Origin: an uncultured Candidatus Saccharibacteria bacterium
GTDB lineage: Bacteria; Patescibacteriota; Minisyncoccia; Ryanbacterales; GWA2-47-10b
DNA: 47,025 bases
Assembly (NCBI GenBank): GCA_964356915.1
Contig: CAYHJF010000003.1
Location: 83,579 to 130,603 of the forward strand
Direction of reading: 5' to 3'
Shown here piece by piece: positions 8,729 through 16,692 of this stretch; the stretch's first letter is position 1, and each line of letters starts with the position of its first letter. Under the pieces are notes generated by a model. The model was not told the DNA's origin and did no database searches. It saw nothing but the letters and a program-made list of their open reading frames with translations. The translations under genes and the position numbers were made by a program.

Positions 8729-10507
8729 CTACATCCCCAACAACTTAATGTAGACATCTGGCTCAATATCAACGCGCCCCTGTTCTTTGAGTCGCTTTTT
8801 ACCTTCTTGTTGTTTTTTCCAAAGTTTCATCTTTCGAGAGCGATCTCCACCATACAGATACCCTGTCACATCCTTGCGCATCGCTTTGAGTGTTTCGGAC
8901 GCGACGATGCGCCCCTCCACCTCTCCCTGAATTTTTAATTGAAATAATTCTTGCGGCAATACATTTTTTACCCGCTCAACAATTCGTCGCGCTTCGCGCT
9001 CAGCATCGTTGGCACGGATAACCCGAGAAAGCGCCTCTACTCGCTCATCGTGTACCGAAACATCGAGACGCACGAGATCAGCAACGCGCCACTCTCCGAT
9101 CTCATAACTAAACGATGCGTACCCGTGTGTCGCACTTTTCAACGCATCAAAAAAACCATTAACCATCTGCCTCAATGGCACCTCAGCATTACACAACAAT
9201 CGCGTCTCACCGAGTACTGCTATCTCACCCACAATACCTTCAAACGCCTCAACCGTACGCACAACGTCCTGCAAATTATCTCGAGGCGCCACTACCTCAA
9301 GCTTCATCCATTGTTCTTCCACAAGATCTCGCTCGTGACGACGCGGAAATAATGAAGCCGAAGAAACAATTGAAACTTCCTCTCCCTTTGTAATACGATA
9401 ACTCACTGATGGTTGGGTTACGACAAACTCAACATGAAATTCACGTTTCAGTCGTTCTGCTGTAATTTCGAGATGTAATGTGCCCAAAAAACCACATTCA
9501 AACCCACGACCAAGCACCATGCTCGCCTTCTCCTGAAAAGAAAGTGAGGAGTCATTAAGTTTTAATTTTGACAACGCATCAAAGAGTTGAGCGAATGCTC
9601 CTTGTTCGGTTGGGAAAAAACTTGCCCACACGACTGGCTTCGGCTCCTGATACCCAGGCAACGCCTCAATATTAGTATCTTTATCTTTTCTTAAGATAAC
9701 CGTATCACCAACACGAACCTCTCCCGGTTCCTTAACACCCGTTACGATATATCCCACATCGCCAGCAACAATCTCTTCTCGCTGCATAAGACTTGGCGTC
9801 ATGTATCCAACTTCTTTCGCGATACATTCGCGTGAGCGTGCTTTCAAAAATATTGAATCATTTTTTTTCACCACTCCATCCATTACTCGTACATACGCCA
9901 CAATTCCTTTGTGACTTTCAAAAAATGAATCGAAAACAAGCGCGCGAGACTCTCCCTTTGAGACGCGAGGCGCAGGAATACGCTCAATAATTGCATCAAG
10001 AAGTGCCTCAACGCCCGTACCGTCTTTCGCGGACACGGCTATGATTTCTTCTGGTCGAAATCCGCCAAGCTTCTCAAGCTCTAATTTCACCTCATCAACT
10101 CGCGCATGAGGTAAATCAATTTTATTGATAACCGGAATGAACGTAAGACCGAGCTTACGAGCAAGAAAATAATGAGAGAGCGTCTGTGCTTCGATTCCTT
10201 GAGTTGCATCAACTAATAGAAGCGCGCCCTCACAACATAACAACGCGCGCGATACTTCATAAGAAAAATCCACGTGCCCCGGCGTATCAATAAGATTCAT
10301 AATATGTCCGTAGTACTCCATGCGTACGGGCTGCATCTTAATCGTAATCCCCCGCTCACGCTCAAGATCCATCGAATCAAGCACTTGCTCTTTCATCTTA
10401 CGTTTCTCTATAGCACCCGTACGCTCAAGTAACCGATCAGCAAGTGTCGATTTTCCGTGGTCAATATGAGCAATAATAGAGAAATTGCGGACGTTTAAAA
10501 TATTCAT
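8729..10507 (-). CDS. lepA: Translation elongation factor 4 (LepA)
   Basis: RNFSIIAHIDHGKSTLADR, DTPGHVDF, GFLGTLHLEI, RKDVT...KQQEGKKR. Confidence 0.98.
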   Translation of the reverse strand: MNILNVRNFSIIAHIDHGKSTLADRLLERTGAIEKRKMKEQVLDSMDLERERGITIKMQPVRMEYYGHIMNLIDTPGHVDFSYEVSRALLCCEGALLLVDATQGIEAQTLSHYFLARKLGLTFIPVINKIDLPHARVDEVKLELEKLGGFRPEEIIAVSAKDGTGVEALLDAIIERIPAPRVSKGESRALVFDSFFESHKGIVAYVRVMDGVVKKNDSIFLKARSRECIAKEVGYMTPSLMQREEIVAGDVGYIVTGVKEPGEVRVGDTVILRKDKDTNIEALPGYQEPKPVVWASFFPTEQGAFAQLFDALSKLKLNDSSLSFQEKASMVLGRGFECGFLGTLHLEITAERLKREFHVEFVVTQPSVSYRITKGEEVSIVSSASLFPRRHERDLVEEQWMKLEVVAPRDNLQDVVRTVEAFEGIVGEIAVLGETRLLCNAEVPLRQMVNGFFDALKSATHGYASFSYEIGEWRVADLVRLDVSVHDERVEALSRVIRANDAEREARRIVERVKNVLPQELFQLKIQGEVEGRIVASETLKAMRKDVTGYLYGGDRSRKMKLWKKQQEGKKRLKEQGRVDIEPDVYIKLLGM

Positions 10508-10517
10508 AATCTTATCT

Positions 10518-12206
10518 TTAGAGATGCTCTATTTCAGGCTGTAAAACACCCCTATGCGAAAACCGAGCATGCACAGCATCAAGCACTTCAAGAAACTCCC
10601 TAACACGCAAAACGTAGCAAACACCGACCCCAACAGCAAGGGCAACAAAGAGCGCGAGTGCTCCCTGAATTAATATTCCTGACGCGGTTTCCAAAGAAAC
10701 GAAGGTACCCGCGATAATAAGCGCCCCGTATGCCGCAAAACCCATAGCAACACTTACAATCATAACCATGCGCAACGTAACAGTCAGCGGTACCCATACA
10801 TCTTTACCATTCATACGAAAAAGACCTGTACCCAACAATACCGCATTTACACACGAACCAAATACGTACGCGAATGGAATACTTAAAAATTCGATAACGG
10901 CGATCTTTTGACCGTGCCCGAGATTTTCAAGACGAAAAAGTGACTCAAGAAAAGTCTTAAACGCGCTGTCCGGACCCAACAACCAGATCGATGACCCAGC
11001 AACGGCAAGCGTAAGAAATGAGGCGACCATATTATATAGTATCGGCTCACGCGCTCGTCCAAGTGCATAATACGCACGAACAAATAATGTCACGAGACTC
11101 TGAAATACGAGTGCGATAGCAAAAAGAGCAAGACTTGCTGCAGTCAATCTCGTATCAAGCCACTCAAACGAACCGGACCCAAGAATGATACGGACGATCT
11201 GCGCCCGCATTACAATAAAGAGTGCGGCAACTGGCATGGTCCAAAATAAGATATGTCGCGCACCCGATACTACGTGCTCAAAAAAAACCTGCTTCTTATC
11301 TTTCAATGCGAGCTCGGCCATCGTAGGAAATGCGGCAACACTATATGAAAGCCCAATGACAACAAGTGGAAGCGAGTGCAAATTATATGAAAAATTAAAA
11401 ACAGAAATTGCGCCCGCACCAAGCACTGAAGCAATCGATGTCAAGAAAAGCATCGTTATCTGATTCCACGAAAGAGCCAGCGCGCGAGGAAATGAATACA
11501 TAATAATCTCAAACGACCGAGAAACTGACGCGAGTGAATATCGGGGGCGCACACCAATACGTAAAAGTGTTGGGAGCTGAACCGACATATGTAAAAAGGC
11601 GCCGAGTGCCACTCCCCACGCAAGCCCCGTAATCCCAAACCGCGGAGCGAACACGACAGCCCCAAAAATAATACCTATGTTGTACGCGATCGGAGACAAC
11701 GCATACGCTAAGAATTTTTTTCGCGATTGCGATACTCCTGAGATAAGACTCGAAAATCCAAGAAAGATTGGGGAACACAACATAATGCGCGCGAGCATCA
11801 TCGTAGCCATCTGATCTTCAGCACGAAACCCGGGTACCGCAAAACGTACAAAAAACGGCATGTATATAAAAGCAAAAATGCTCATGATGCTCATGACCGC
11901 AAAAAATATCAATATAATCGCCCCGAAAAACTCCTCTCCTCTACGTGCATCATGCTCACTTCGCTCCAGAAAAAGTGGGATAAAAGCAGTGGACGCAACA
12001 AAAAAAAGCGAGAGCGTAAAAATAATATCTGGCACTCGAAATGCCGCGTAATAAATATCGAGTTCGCGTGACGCGCCATATGAGCTTGCGAGCAACCGAT
12101 CGCGCAGCAAGCCCAGCACTCCATTTGCTGCGCTCGAAAGCGCCAAAAGGAGTGCTGCTTGGTGCACTCCTTTTGGTTCAAAGCGAAAAAAACTTAGTAT
12201 TGCCAT
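10518..12206 (-). CDS. murJ: Lipid II flippase MurJ (MviN)
   Basis: LGLLRDRLLA...YYAAFRVPD, AFIPLF, FVRAYYALG motifs. Confidence 0.92.
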   Translation of the reverse strand: MAILSFFRFEPKGVHQAALLLALSSAANGVLGLLRDRLLASSYGASRELDIYYAAFRVPDIIFTLSLFFVASTAFIPLFLERSEHDARRGEEFFGAIILIFFAVMSIMSIFAFIYMPFFVRFAVPGFRAEDQMATMMLARIMLCSPIFLGFSSLISGVSQSRKKFLAYALSPIAYNIGIIFGAVVFAPRFGITGLAWGVALGAFLHMSVQLPTLLRIGVRPRYSLASVSRSFEIIMYSFPRALALSWNQITMLFLTSIASVLGAGAISVFNFSYNLHSLPLVVIGLSYSVAAFPTMAELALKDKKQVFFEHVVSGARHILFWTMPVAALFIVMRAQIVRIILGSGSFEWLDTRLTAASLALFAIALVFQSLVTLFVRAYYALGRAREPILYNMVASFLTLAVAGSSIWLLGPDSAFKTFLESLFRLENLGHGQKIAVIEFLSIPFAYVFGSCVNAVLLGTGLFRMNGKDVWVPLTVTLRMVMIVSVAMGFAAYGALIIAGTFVSLETASGILIQGALALFVALAVGVGVCYVLRVREFLEVLDAVHARFSHRGVLQPEIEHL

Positions 12207-12209
12207 CGC

Positions 12210-14627
12210 CTAACGCTCAGGCACGGGCTTCACACTTTCACTAACAGGAGGCGTTGCCCGATCTTCTGGAGGCGTCTCAACACTTTCAAGCGCAGGCTTC
12301 CCTGCTTCAAGATTTGTGATAATTGTCTGAATCTCTTTATTATTCGCATTCAGCGAAGCAACTTTTCGGAATGTTTCTAGCGCCTTTTCTTTCGCTCCTT
12401 CCTTGTCATAAATTAAGCCGAGGAAATAGAGCGCATTAGAGTAATCGGAGTTTTGCTCAACGGCGCGTTCAAAAGCAACTTTTGCTCGCGCAAAATCATT
12501 TTTCTGATAATAAAGAACGCCAAGCTGAAAGAGCACACCAATATCATTTGGACGAAGTTGAAAGGCGGATTCAGCTCGTGCAATCGCATCATTCGTCTTA
12601 CCCTGCTGTTGATAAATTTGTGCAAGTAAGAAATGAGCCTCGGCAAAATCTGGTTTCAAACTTACCGCTTTCTCAAGAGCCTCTACTGCTTTATTCTGCG
12701 CAGTAACTGCGCGATTTTGATTTTCCTTTGAGTTATCCTGCAACAAAAGCGCATTTGCATACCCAATATGGGTACGAGCAATATTGAGAGGAATTTGCGG
12801 ATTCGTTGGAGCAAGTTGTGCTGCTTTATCATAATATTCAAGCGCGAAATCGTACGATCCCGGCATAAAAATTACCGTCTCATATACCTGAGCGATCGCA
12901 GTCCAGTTTGCCGAGTCTTGTGGCCCCGCATCTGTTGCATGCTTTCCATAGTCAATCGCTGAAGAAAGCGCCAAACGAAAACGCTCCTGCAACTCATTTT
13001 GAGGTACATCACGAGTTGAGATAATCCGTTGTAAGTTAACAGTCTCAAGCTGAGTGAGCGCTCGCCAATATTGATCCTGTCGTGAGTCATACTGTGCCGC
13101 ACGCGTCATCGAAATACGTGCAGTATTAATTCCCTCACCTGCGTTGTACGCATTAACTCCCTCGGCAAAGGCGACTTGTGATACATAGCGCATCGCCTCG
13201 TAATACACACCTGCAACGCTTCCTATAAGAAGAAGAATAATCGCAAGTGACGTAATAAACCCACGTTCGGTACTCGAAAAAAGATTAATTTCACTAACTC
13301 GAGCGAGTCCTGCAACATTCATCGCAGAGACAAAAAGTCCAAGTATAAATAGCGTCAGAATCACAAGCGTCCCGTTGAGCGGATGCATCCACCACAAAAA
13401 GAGCATTACAACGAGAGCCCCGGCGAGTGAGCGAAGAAGCATCGTATCACCTTCGTGATCAGTGAACGCCGCGAGTCCGCGGAACACAAACGCAAACACC
13501 GTAAAATAGAAAAACAATAACGTGATAGCAGCTAGGAGACCACCGCCAGCAATAATAGTTGGAGCAAGTGCTGACCCCGCTGTAAAGCGCACGGCCCAAA
13601 GCGGCGTCGAGTTTAATTCAACTGGCTTATATCGATCCCACAAAACGCCAAAGGTATTTGGACCATGACCAAATAAAAGCGACTCGCCAAATGCTTTCTC
13701 AATTAAACTTGTTGTTACGGTCCAGTTTGGACTTGCTTCTACTGGAGCCCCAAGACGTCCTGAAACTTCTCCGAGCGGACCTCTCATCAAAATAATAAGC
13801 GTGAGTACGATCAACATGATGAGTGACGCACCAAACATCACCGAACGCCCCATGCGTCGCGATAATAAAAGCGCGAGCATGAGAAGTAATACGAGACCCA
13901 ACCCCATCGCACTATACGTAAAGTTTGTGAGCGCGATTCCAATCACGGCGCTTGCAAACAATATTCCTACAACAACACGTACTGACTTTTTTTCTATATT
14001 GAGAAATGGCAACAAGAGCGCAGCACTCATCGCAAAAAATGCTCCGACAATACTCCATCCTCCAATCAAATTTGCTGATCGCCCAGAAGACCATTCAAAC
14101 GGATTGATATTAAAAATACTTCGCACGATAAAGAAAAGCATAACGACTGCGAACGCTCCGACAAGTCCGAGGATGGCACGATATACCCACACGCGATCAT
14201 TAATGAGCGCGGGGATAACAATAAGAAACAATCCTCCAATTAAAAATGTGAGAAACGTATCCGTCTCTCCCCCAACACCAACCAAAGAAGCAATTGGGTT
14301 TTGAGAAAAAAGCGATGCTAATAATATCGAACCTAAAAACAAAACGTACGTATAAATAATCCACGTACGTGGCAATCGAATAGACCCTTCTTGCAACGCT
14401 CCTCCAAACCAGAGCATCACCGCCAACGCCACCATGAATGCGGCGAAGTATCCTTTATTCAAATCTATCGGCGAGAGCGTCCATGGTAAAACAAACACCG
14501 GCATCAAAAACGCAAAGGCAACTAATGCCCAACGCCCGAGCACCGTTAATAATGTAGGTTGATCGGTAGACGTCGGCTCCTGATACTCCTCAACGACCAT
14601 TTCCTCCTCAAAATAAGCTTCCTGCAT
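12210..14627 (-). CDS. Multi-TM O-antigen-ligase-like protein with C-terminal TPR repeats
   Basis: About 12 TM segments, LLFGHGPNTF loop, C-terminal TPRs (AEAHFLLAQIY, ALYFLGLIY). Confidence 0.8.
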   Translation of the reverse strand: MQEAYFEEEMVVEEYQEPTSTDQPTLLTVLGRWALVAFAFLMPVFVLPWTLSPIDLNKGYFAAFMVALAVMLWFGGALQEGSIRLPRTWIIYTYVLFLGSILLASLFSQNPIASLVGVGGETDTFLTFLIGGLFLIVIPALINDRVWVYRAILGLVGAFAVVMLFFIVRSIFNINPFEWSSGRSANLIGGWSIVGAFFAMSAALLLPFLNIEKKSVRVVVGILFASAVIGIALTNFTYSAMGLGLVLLLMLALLLSRRMGRSVMFGASLIMLIVLTLIILMRGPLGEVSGRLGAPVEASPNWTVTTSLIEKAFGESLLFGHGPNTFGVLWDRYKPVELNSTPLWAVRFTAGSALAPTIIAGGGLLAAITLLFFYFTVFAFVFRGLAAFTDHEGDTMLLRSLAGALVVMLFLWWMHPLNGTLVILTLFILGLFVSAMNVAGLARVSEINLFSSTERGFITSLAIILLLIGSVAGVYYEAMRYVSQVAFAEGVNAYNAGEGINTARISMTRAAQYDSRQDQYWRALTQLETVNLQRIISTRDVPQNELQERFRLALSSAIDYGKHATDAGPQDSANWTAIAQVYETVIFMPGSYDFALEYYDKAAQLAPTNPQIPLNIARTHIGYANALLLQDNSKENQNRAVTAQNKAVEALEKAVSLKPDFAEAHFLLAQIYQQQGKTNDAIARAESAFQLRPNDIGVLFQLGVLYYQKNDFARAKVAFERAVEQNSDYSNALYFLGLIYDKEGAKEKALETFRKVASLNANNKEIQTIITNLEAGKPALESVETPPEDRATPPVSESVKPVPER

Positions 14628-14856
14628 ATATATGAACTAGTGTGAAAATATCTAATGTAATAATGGAAGTACGTTATATATAGTATAGTCAGCTTGTTTT
14701 AACGTTCGCAATAGCACAACCCGATACGACATCGGATAACCATATTCTCGCAGGTTTTGACTAAAAACCCCCTCCGTGCTGAAAAAAGTAATAAACAGCT
14801 CCCGAGAAAAAAATTTACTCCTTAGGGTACCTATGCTACGATAAACATTACTAAAA

Positions 14857-15081
14857 ATGGAAAAACAATACATCACTATTAAGGAGGCTTCTGAGATGCT
14901 TGGCGTAACCCCCCTTACACTTCGTAACTGGGACAAGAAAGGCAAGCTTGTCGCCTACCGACATCCTCTCAACAACTATCGAGTCTATAAACCCGAAGAT
15001 ATCCACGCGGTTCTCGACAGACTTGAAAAATCACTCAACGTACCAAAAAAACTCAACATCACAATGGTAGAAGAGTCATAA
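14857..15081 (+). CDS. MerR-family / helix-turn-helix DNA-binding protein
   Basis: ITIKEASEMLGVTPLTLRNWDKKGKL...NNYRVY. Confidence 0.88.
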   Translation: MEKQYITIKEASEMLGVTPLTLRNWDKKGKLVAYRHPLNNYRVYKPEDIHAVLDRLEKSLNVPKKLNITMVEES

Positions 15082-15112
15082 CATAAAACCCCGCGTACGC
15101 GGGGTTTTATGT
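15081..15112. terminator. Bidirectional intrinsic terminator
   Basis: ACATAAAACCCCGCG-TA-CGCGGGGTTTTATGT between the convergent HTH gene and rnpB. Confidence 0.85.
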
Positions 15113-15120
15113 TTTTATAG

Positions 15121-15495
15121 GATACATCCGTAAGCCGGATTCTGTTTTATGCAATCATCTCTCTAGGCCAAGGATTACTCGCTTGGCTCAAGCCTGCGAA
15201 TCTGCAGTTGCACCGGACAAGAGTTTTCCTCTGCGCGCGATTACTCACGCACACTGTGGTCTCTTACACCACTCTTTTCACCCTTACCTCCTTCAACCTC
15301 TCAAGTGTTTAGCTCAAGATGATGACGATCGGCGGTATGGTCTCTGTGGCACTATCTCGTATCTTAATCGTGTCTTGCGACACGACAGACTGGGTGGCCG
15401 TTAGCCATTGTCACTTTCTTTCATATACATATATGAAAGGGTGTCCGGACTTTCCTCTAAAGCGCATGTGCACTTCAGCGATTGCTCAATGTATC
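15121..15495 (-). ncRNA. rnpB: RNase P RNA
   Basis: Minus strand GAGGAAAGTCCGGAC near the 5' end and AACAGAATCCGGCTTA near the 3' end; terminal P1 GATACAT/ATGTATC. Confidence 0.95.
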
Positions 15496-15582
15496 GTCTG
15501 TAAATTATAGCACAATCTCACAAAAAATCAAGAATTAAAAAAACTCCCACAAGGAAGTTTTTTATCGCACAAAACTATACTC

Positions 15583-15801
15583 TTACATCGATGCGCTCGT
15601 GTTGCACATTTTGCAATTACTCTTGTGTGTTGCAATCTCTACGATTGCTGACACCCCGACAAGAATATAAATAGTTCGAGCAAGCATGGAATCCATGCCA
15701 CCAAGCCATCTACTAACATCCCACCCCACTACACCAACAAGAAGCCAATTCAAGCCTCCAATAACAAGTAAAGTAAACGTAACCATGTGTAATCCTTTCA
15801 T
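15583..15801 (-). CDS. DUF378 domain small membrane protein
   Basis: LLVIGGLNWLLVG...ARTIYILVGVSA; start MKGLHM at 15801 (the ORF-track extension runs into the tRNA-like gene). Confidence 0.88.
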   Translation of the reverse strand: MKGLHMVTFTLLVIGGLNWLLVGVVGWDVSRWLGGMDSMLARTIYILVGVSAIVEIATHKSNCKMCNTSASM

Positions 15802-15871
15802 ATAAAAAATATTGATGGAAACAAAACGACCTTTTTCTTTTTCTATAATACCGTTGTCTCGAAGGTAAAAC

Positions 15872-15900
15872 AAAAAGCCGCCAGCATGAAGCATGGCGGC
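15872..15900 (-). terminator. Terminator downstream of the tRNA-like array
   Basis: GCCGCCA...TGGCGGC stem with U-tract on the minus strand. Confidence 0.65.
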
Positions 15901-15938
15901 ACAATATAAGGAGAAAAGAACTGTATATAAGGGAAACA

Positions 15939-16012
15939 TTGGCCCGAGAGGATTTGAACCTCTGACCTCTTGCCCTGAAGGCAAGCGCTCTCCCTGACTG
16001 AGCTACGGGCCT
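15939..16012 (-). tRNA. Atypical tRNA-like gene: Ala(GGC)-type body with TCA (UGA-reading) anticodon
   Basis: AGGCCCG TA GCTC AGTCAGGGA GAGC G CTTGC CTTCAGG GCAAG AGGTC AGAGG TTCAAAT CCTCT CGGGCCA A; A1.A72 mismatch, no G3.U70, no long variable arm. Confidence 0.8.
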
Positions 16013-16015
16013 GCA

Positions 16016-16101
16016 TGGTCCCGAGGGGACTCGAACCCCCGTTACGAGTATCGGAGGGGGGGTCTCCTAAACTCGCGTCCTAGCCACTAGACGACGGGAC
16101 C
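16016..16101 (-). ncRNA. tRNA-like RNA: Glu-type body with elongated anticodon arm
   Basis: GGTCCCG TC GTCTAGTGGCTAGGAC G CGAGT [TTA GGAG ACCCCCC CTCC GAT] ACTCG TAAC GGGGG TTCGAGT CCCCT CGGGACC A. Confidence 0.8.
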
Positions 16102-16102
16102 A

Positions 16103-16176
16103 AGTCGCGGGGCGGAATCGAACCGCCGCTTGTCGGATCAGGAATCCGATGCCTTAGCCAACTTGGCTACCGCGAC
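16103..16176 (-). tRNA. tRNA with CCT anticodon (nominal Arg) on a Cys-like body
   Basis: GTCGCGG TA GCC AAGTTGGCTAA GGC A TCGGA TTCCTGA TCCGA CAAGC GGCGG TTCGATT CCGCC CCGCGAC T; U73, C rather than A after G18G19. Confidence 0.8.
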
Positions 16177-16198
16177 AAGACCTAGACGAGAAGTATCA

Positions 16199-16280
16199 AG
16201 TACCCGGGAGGATTCGAACCTCCGACCTCTTATGCCACACTCGGGTAGCACAAGCGCTCTCCCAACTGAGCTACGGGCAC
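16199..16280 (-). ncRNA. tRNA-like RNA: Ala-type body (G3.U70) with 10-bp anticodon stem and 6-nt loop
   Basis: GTGCCCG TA GCTC AGTTGGGA GAGC G CTTGTGCTAC CCGAGT GTGGCATAAG AGGTC GGAGG TTCGAAT CCTCC CGGGTAC T. Confidence 0.8.
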
Positions 16281-16315
16281 AAAGAAAGAACGACAAAATC
16301 GAGATTAGCAACAAA

Positions 16316-16353
16316 TAAAAAACCGGTCAAGCGTCTAGCGCACTCGACCAGTT
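16316..16353 (-). terminator. Terminator-like hairpin just upstream of the tRNA-like array
   Basis: Minus strand ACTGGTCGAGTG-CGCTAGA-CGCTTGACCGGT then TTTTT. Confidence 0.55.
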
Positions 16354-16500
16354 TTCTTATAGAGTCGCCAAATGGGAAGCCAATCATCTCTCTCCACCAC
16401 GCAAGGTATTAAAAAATTCTTTAAAAGGCCGCAGGAAATGAAGATCAACTCACTAGTAAGGTTTTCGTCTTTTGAAAAAGAGTGGATAAGAAGGAGCTTG

Positions 16501-16524
16501 AAAAACAAAACCGCCCGAAGGCGG
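16501..16524 (-). terminator. Terminator after the small hydrophobic peptide gene
   Basis: Minus strand CCGCC-TTCG-GGCGG-TTTTGTTTTT. Confidence 0.75.
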
Positions 16525-16532
16525 CCTTGGAG

Positions 16533-16589
16533 TTACCTTCTGATTTCTCGGATCAGGAGAATCAAAAGAATAAGAGTTAGACTTTCCAT
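16533..16589 (-). CDS. 18-aa hydrophobic peptide MESLTLILLILLIREIRR (type I toxin-like)
   Basis: Manual translation; upstream TG-a-TATAAT (16636-16644), start codon inside a hairpin, terminator immediately downstream. Confidence 0.55.
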   Translation of the reverse strand: MESLTLILLILLIREIRR

Positions 16590-16692
16590 ATTTTATGGAA
16601 TTTCCTAGCACCTCTAACAATTTTTACGCTCTTAAATTATATCATTATTTCTCGCTCTTTCCCACTTAACGCAAAAGAGTAAAATAAGCGAT

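Noticed and set aside
15802-15984. N-terminal extension of the DUF378 ORF (likewise the extensions of the PMT, YncE, ftsA and ftsE ORFs)
   Set aside because: The extensions overlap tRNA genes, terminators or upstream genes; downstream ATGs match the family starts.
15939-16012. tRNA-Sec or genetic code 4/25 interpretation of the UCA anticodon
   Set aside because: There is no long variable arm or extended acceptor, RF2 is present, and TGA terminates normal genes in this window.
16016-16280. Group I or archaeal-type introns explaining the enlarged anticodon arms
   Set aside because: The inserts are only 9-14 nt, lack bulge-helix-bulge geometry, and no clean excision restoring a cognate anticodon was found.
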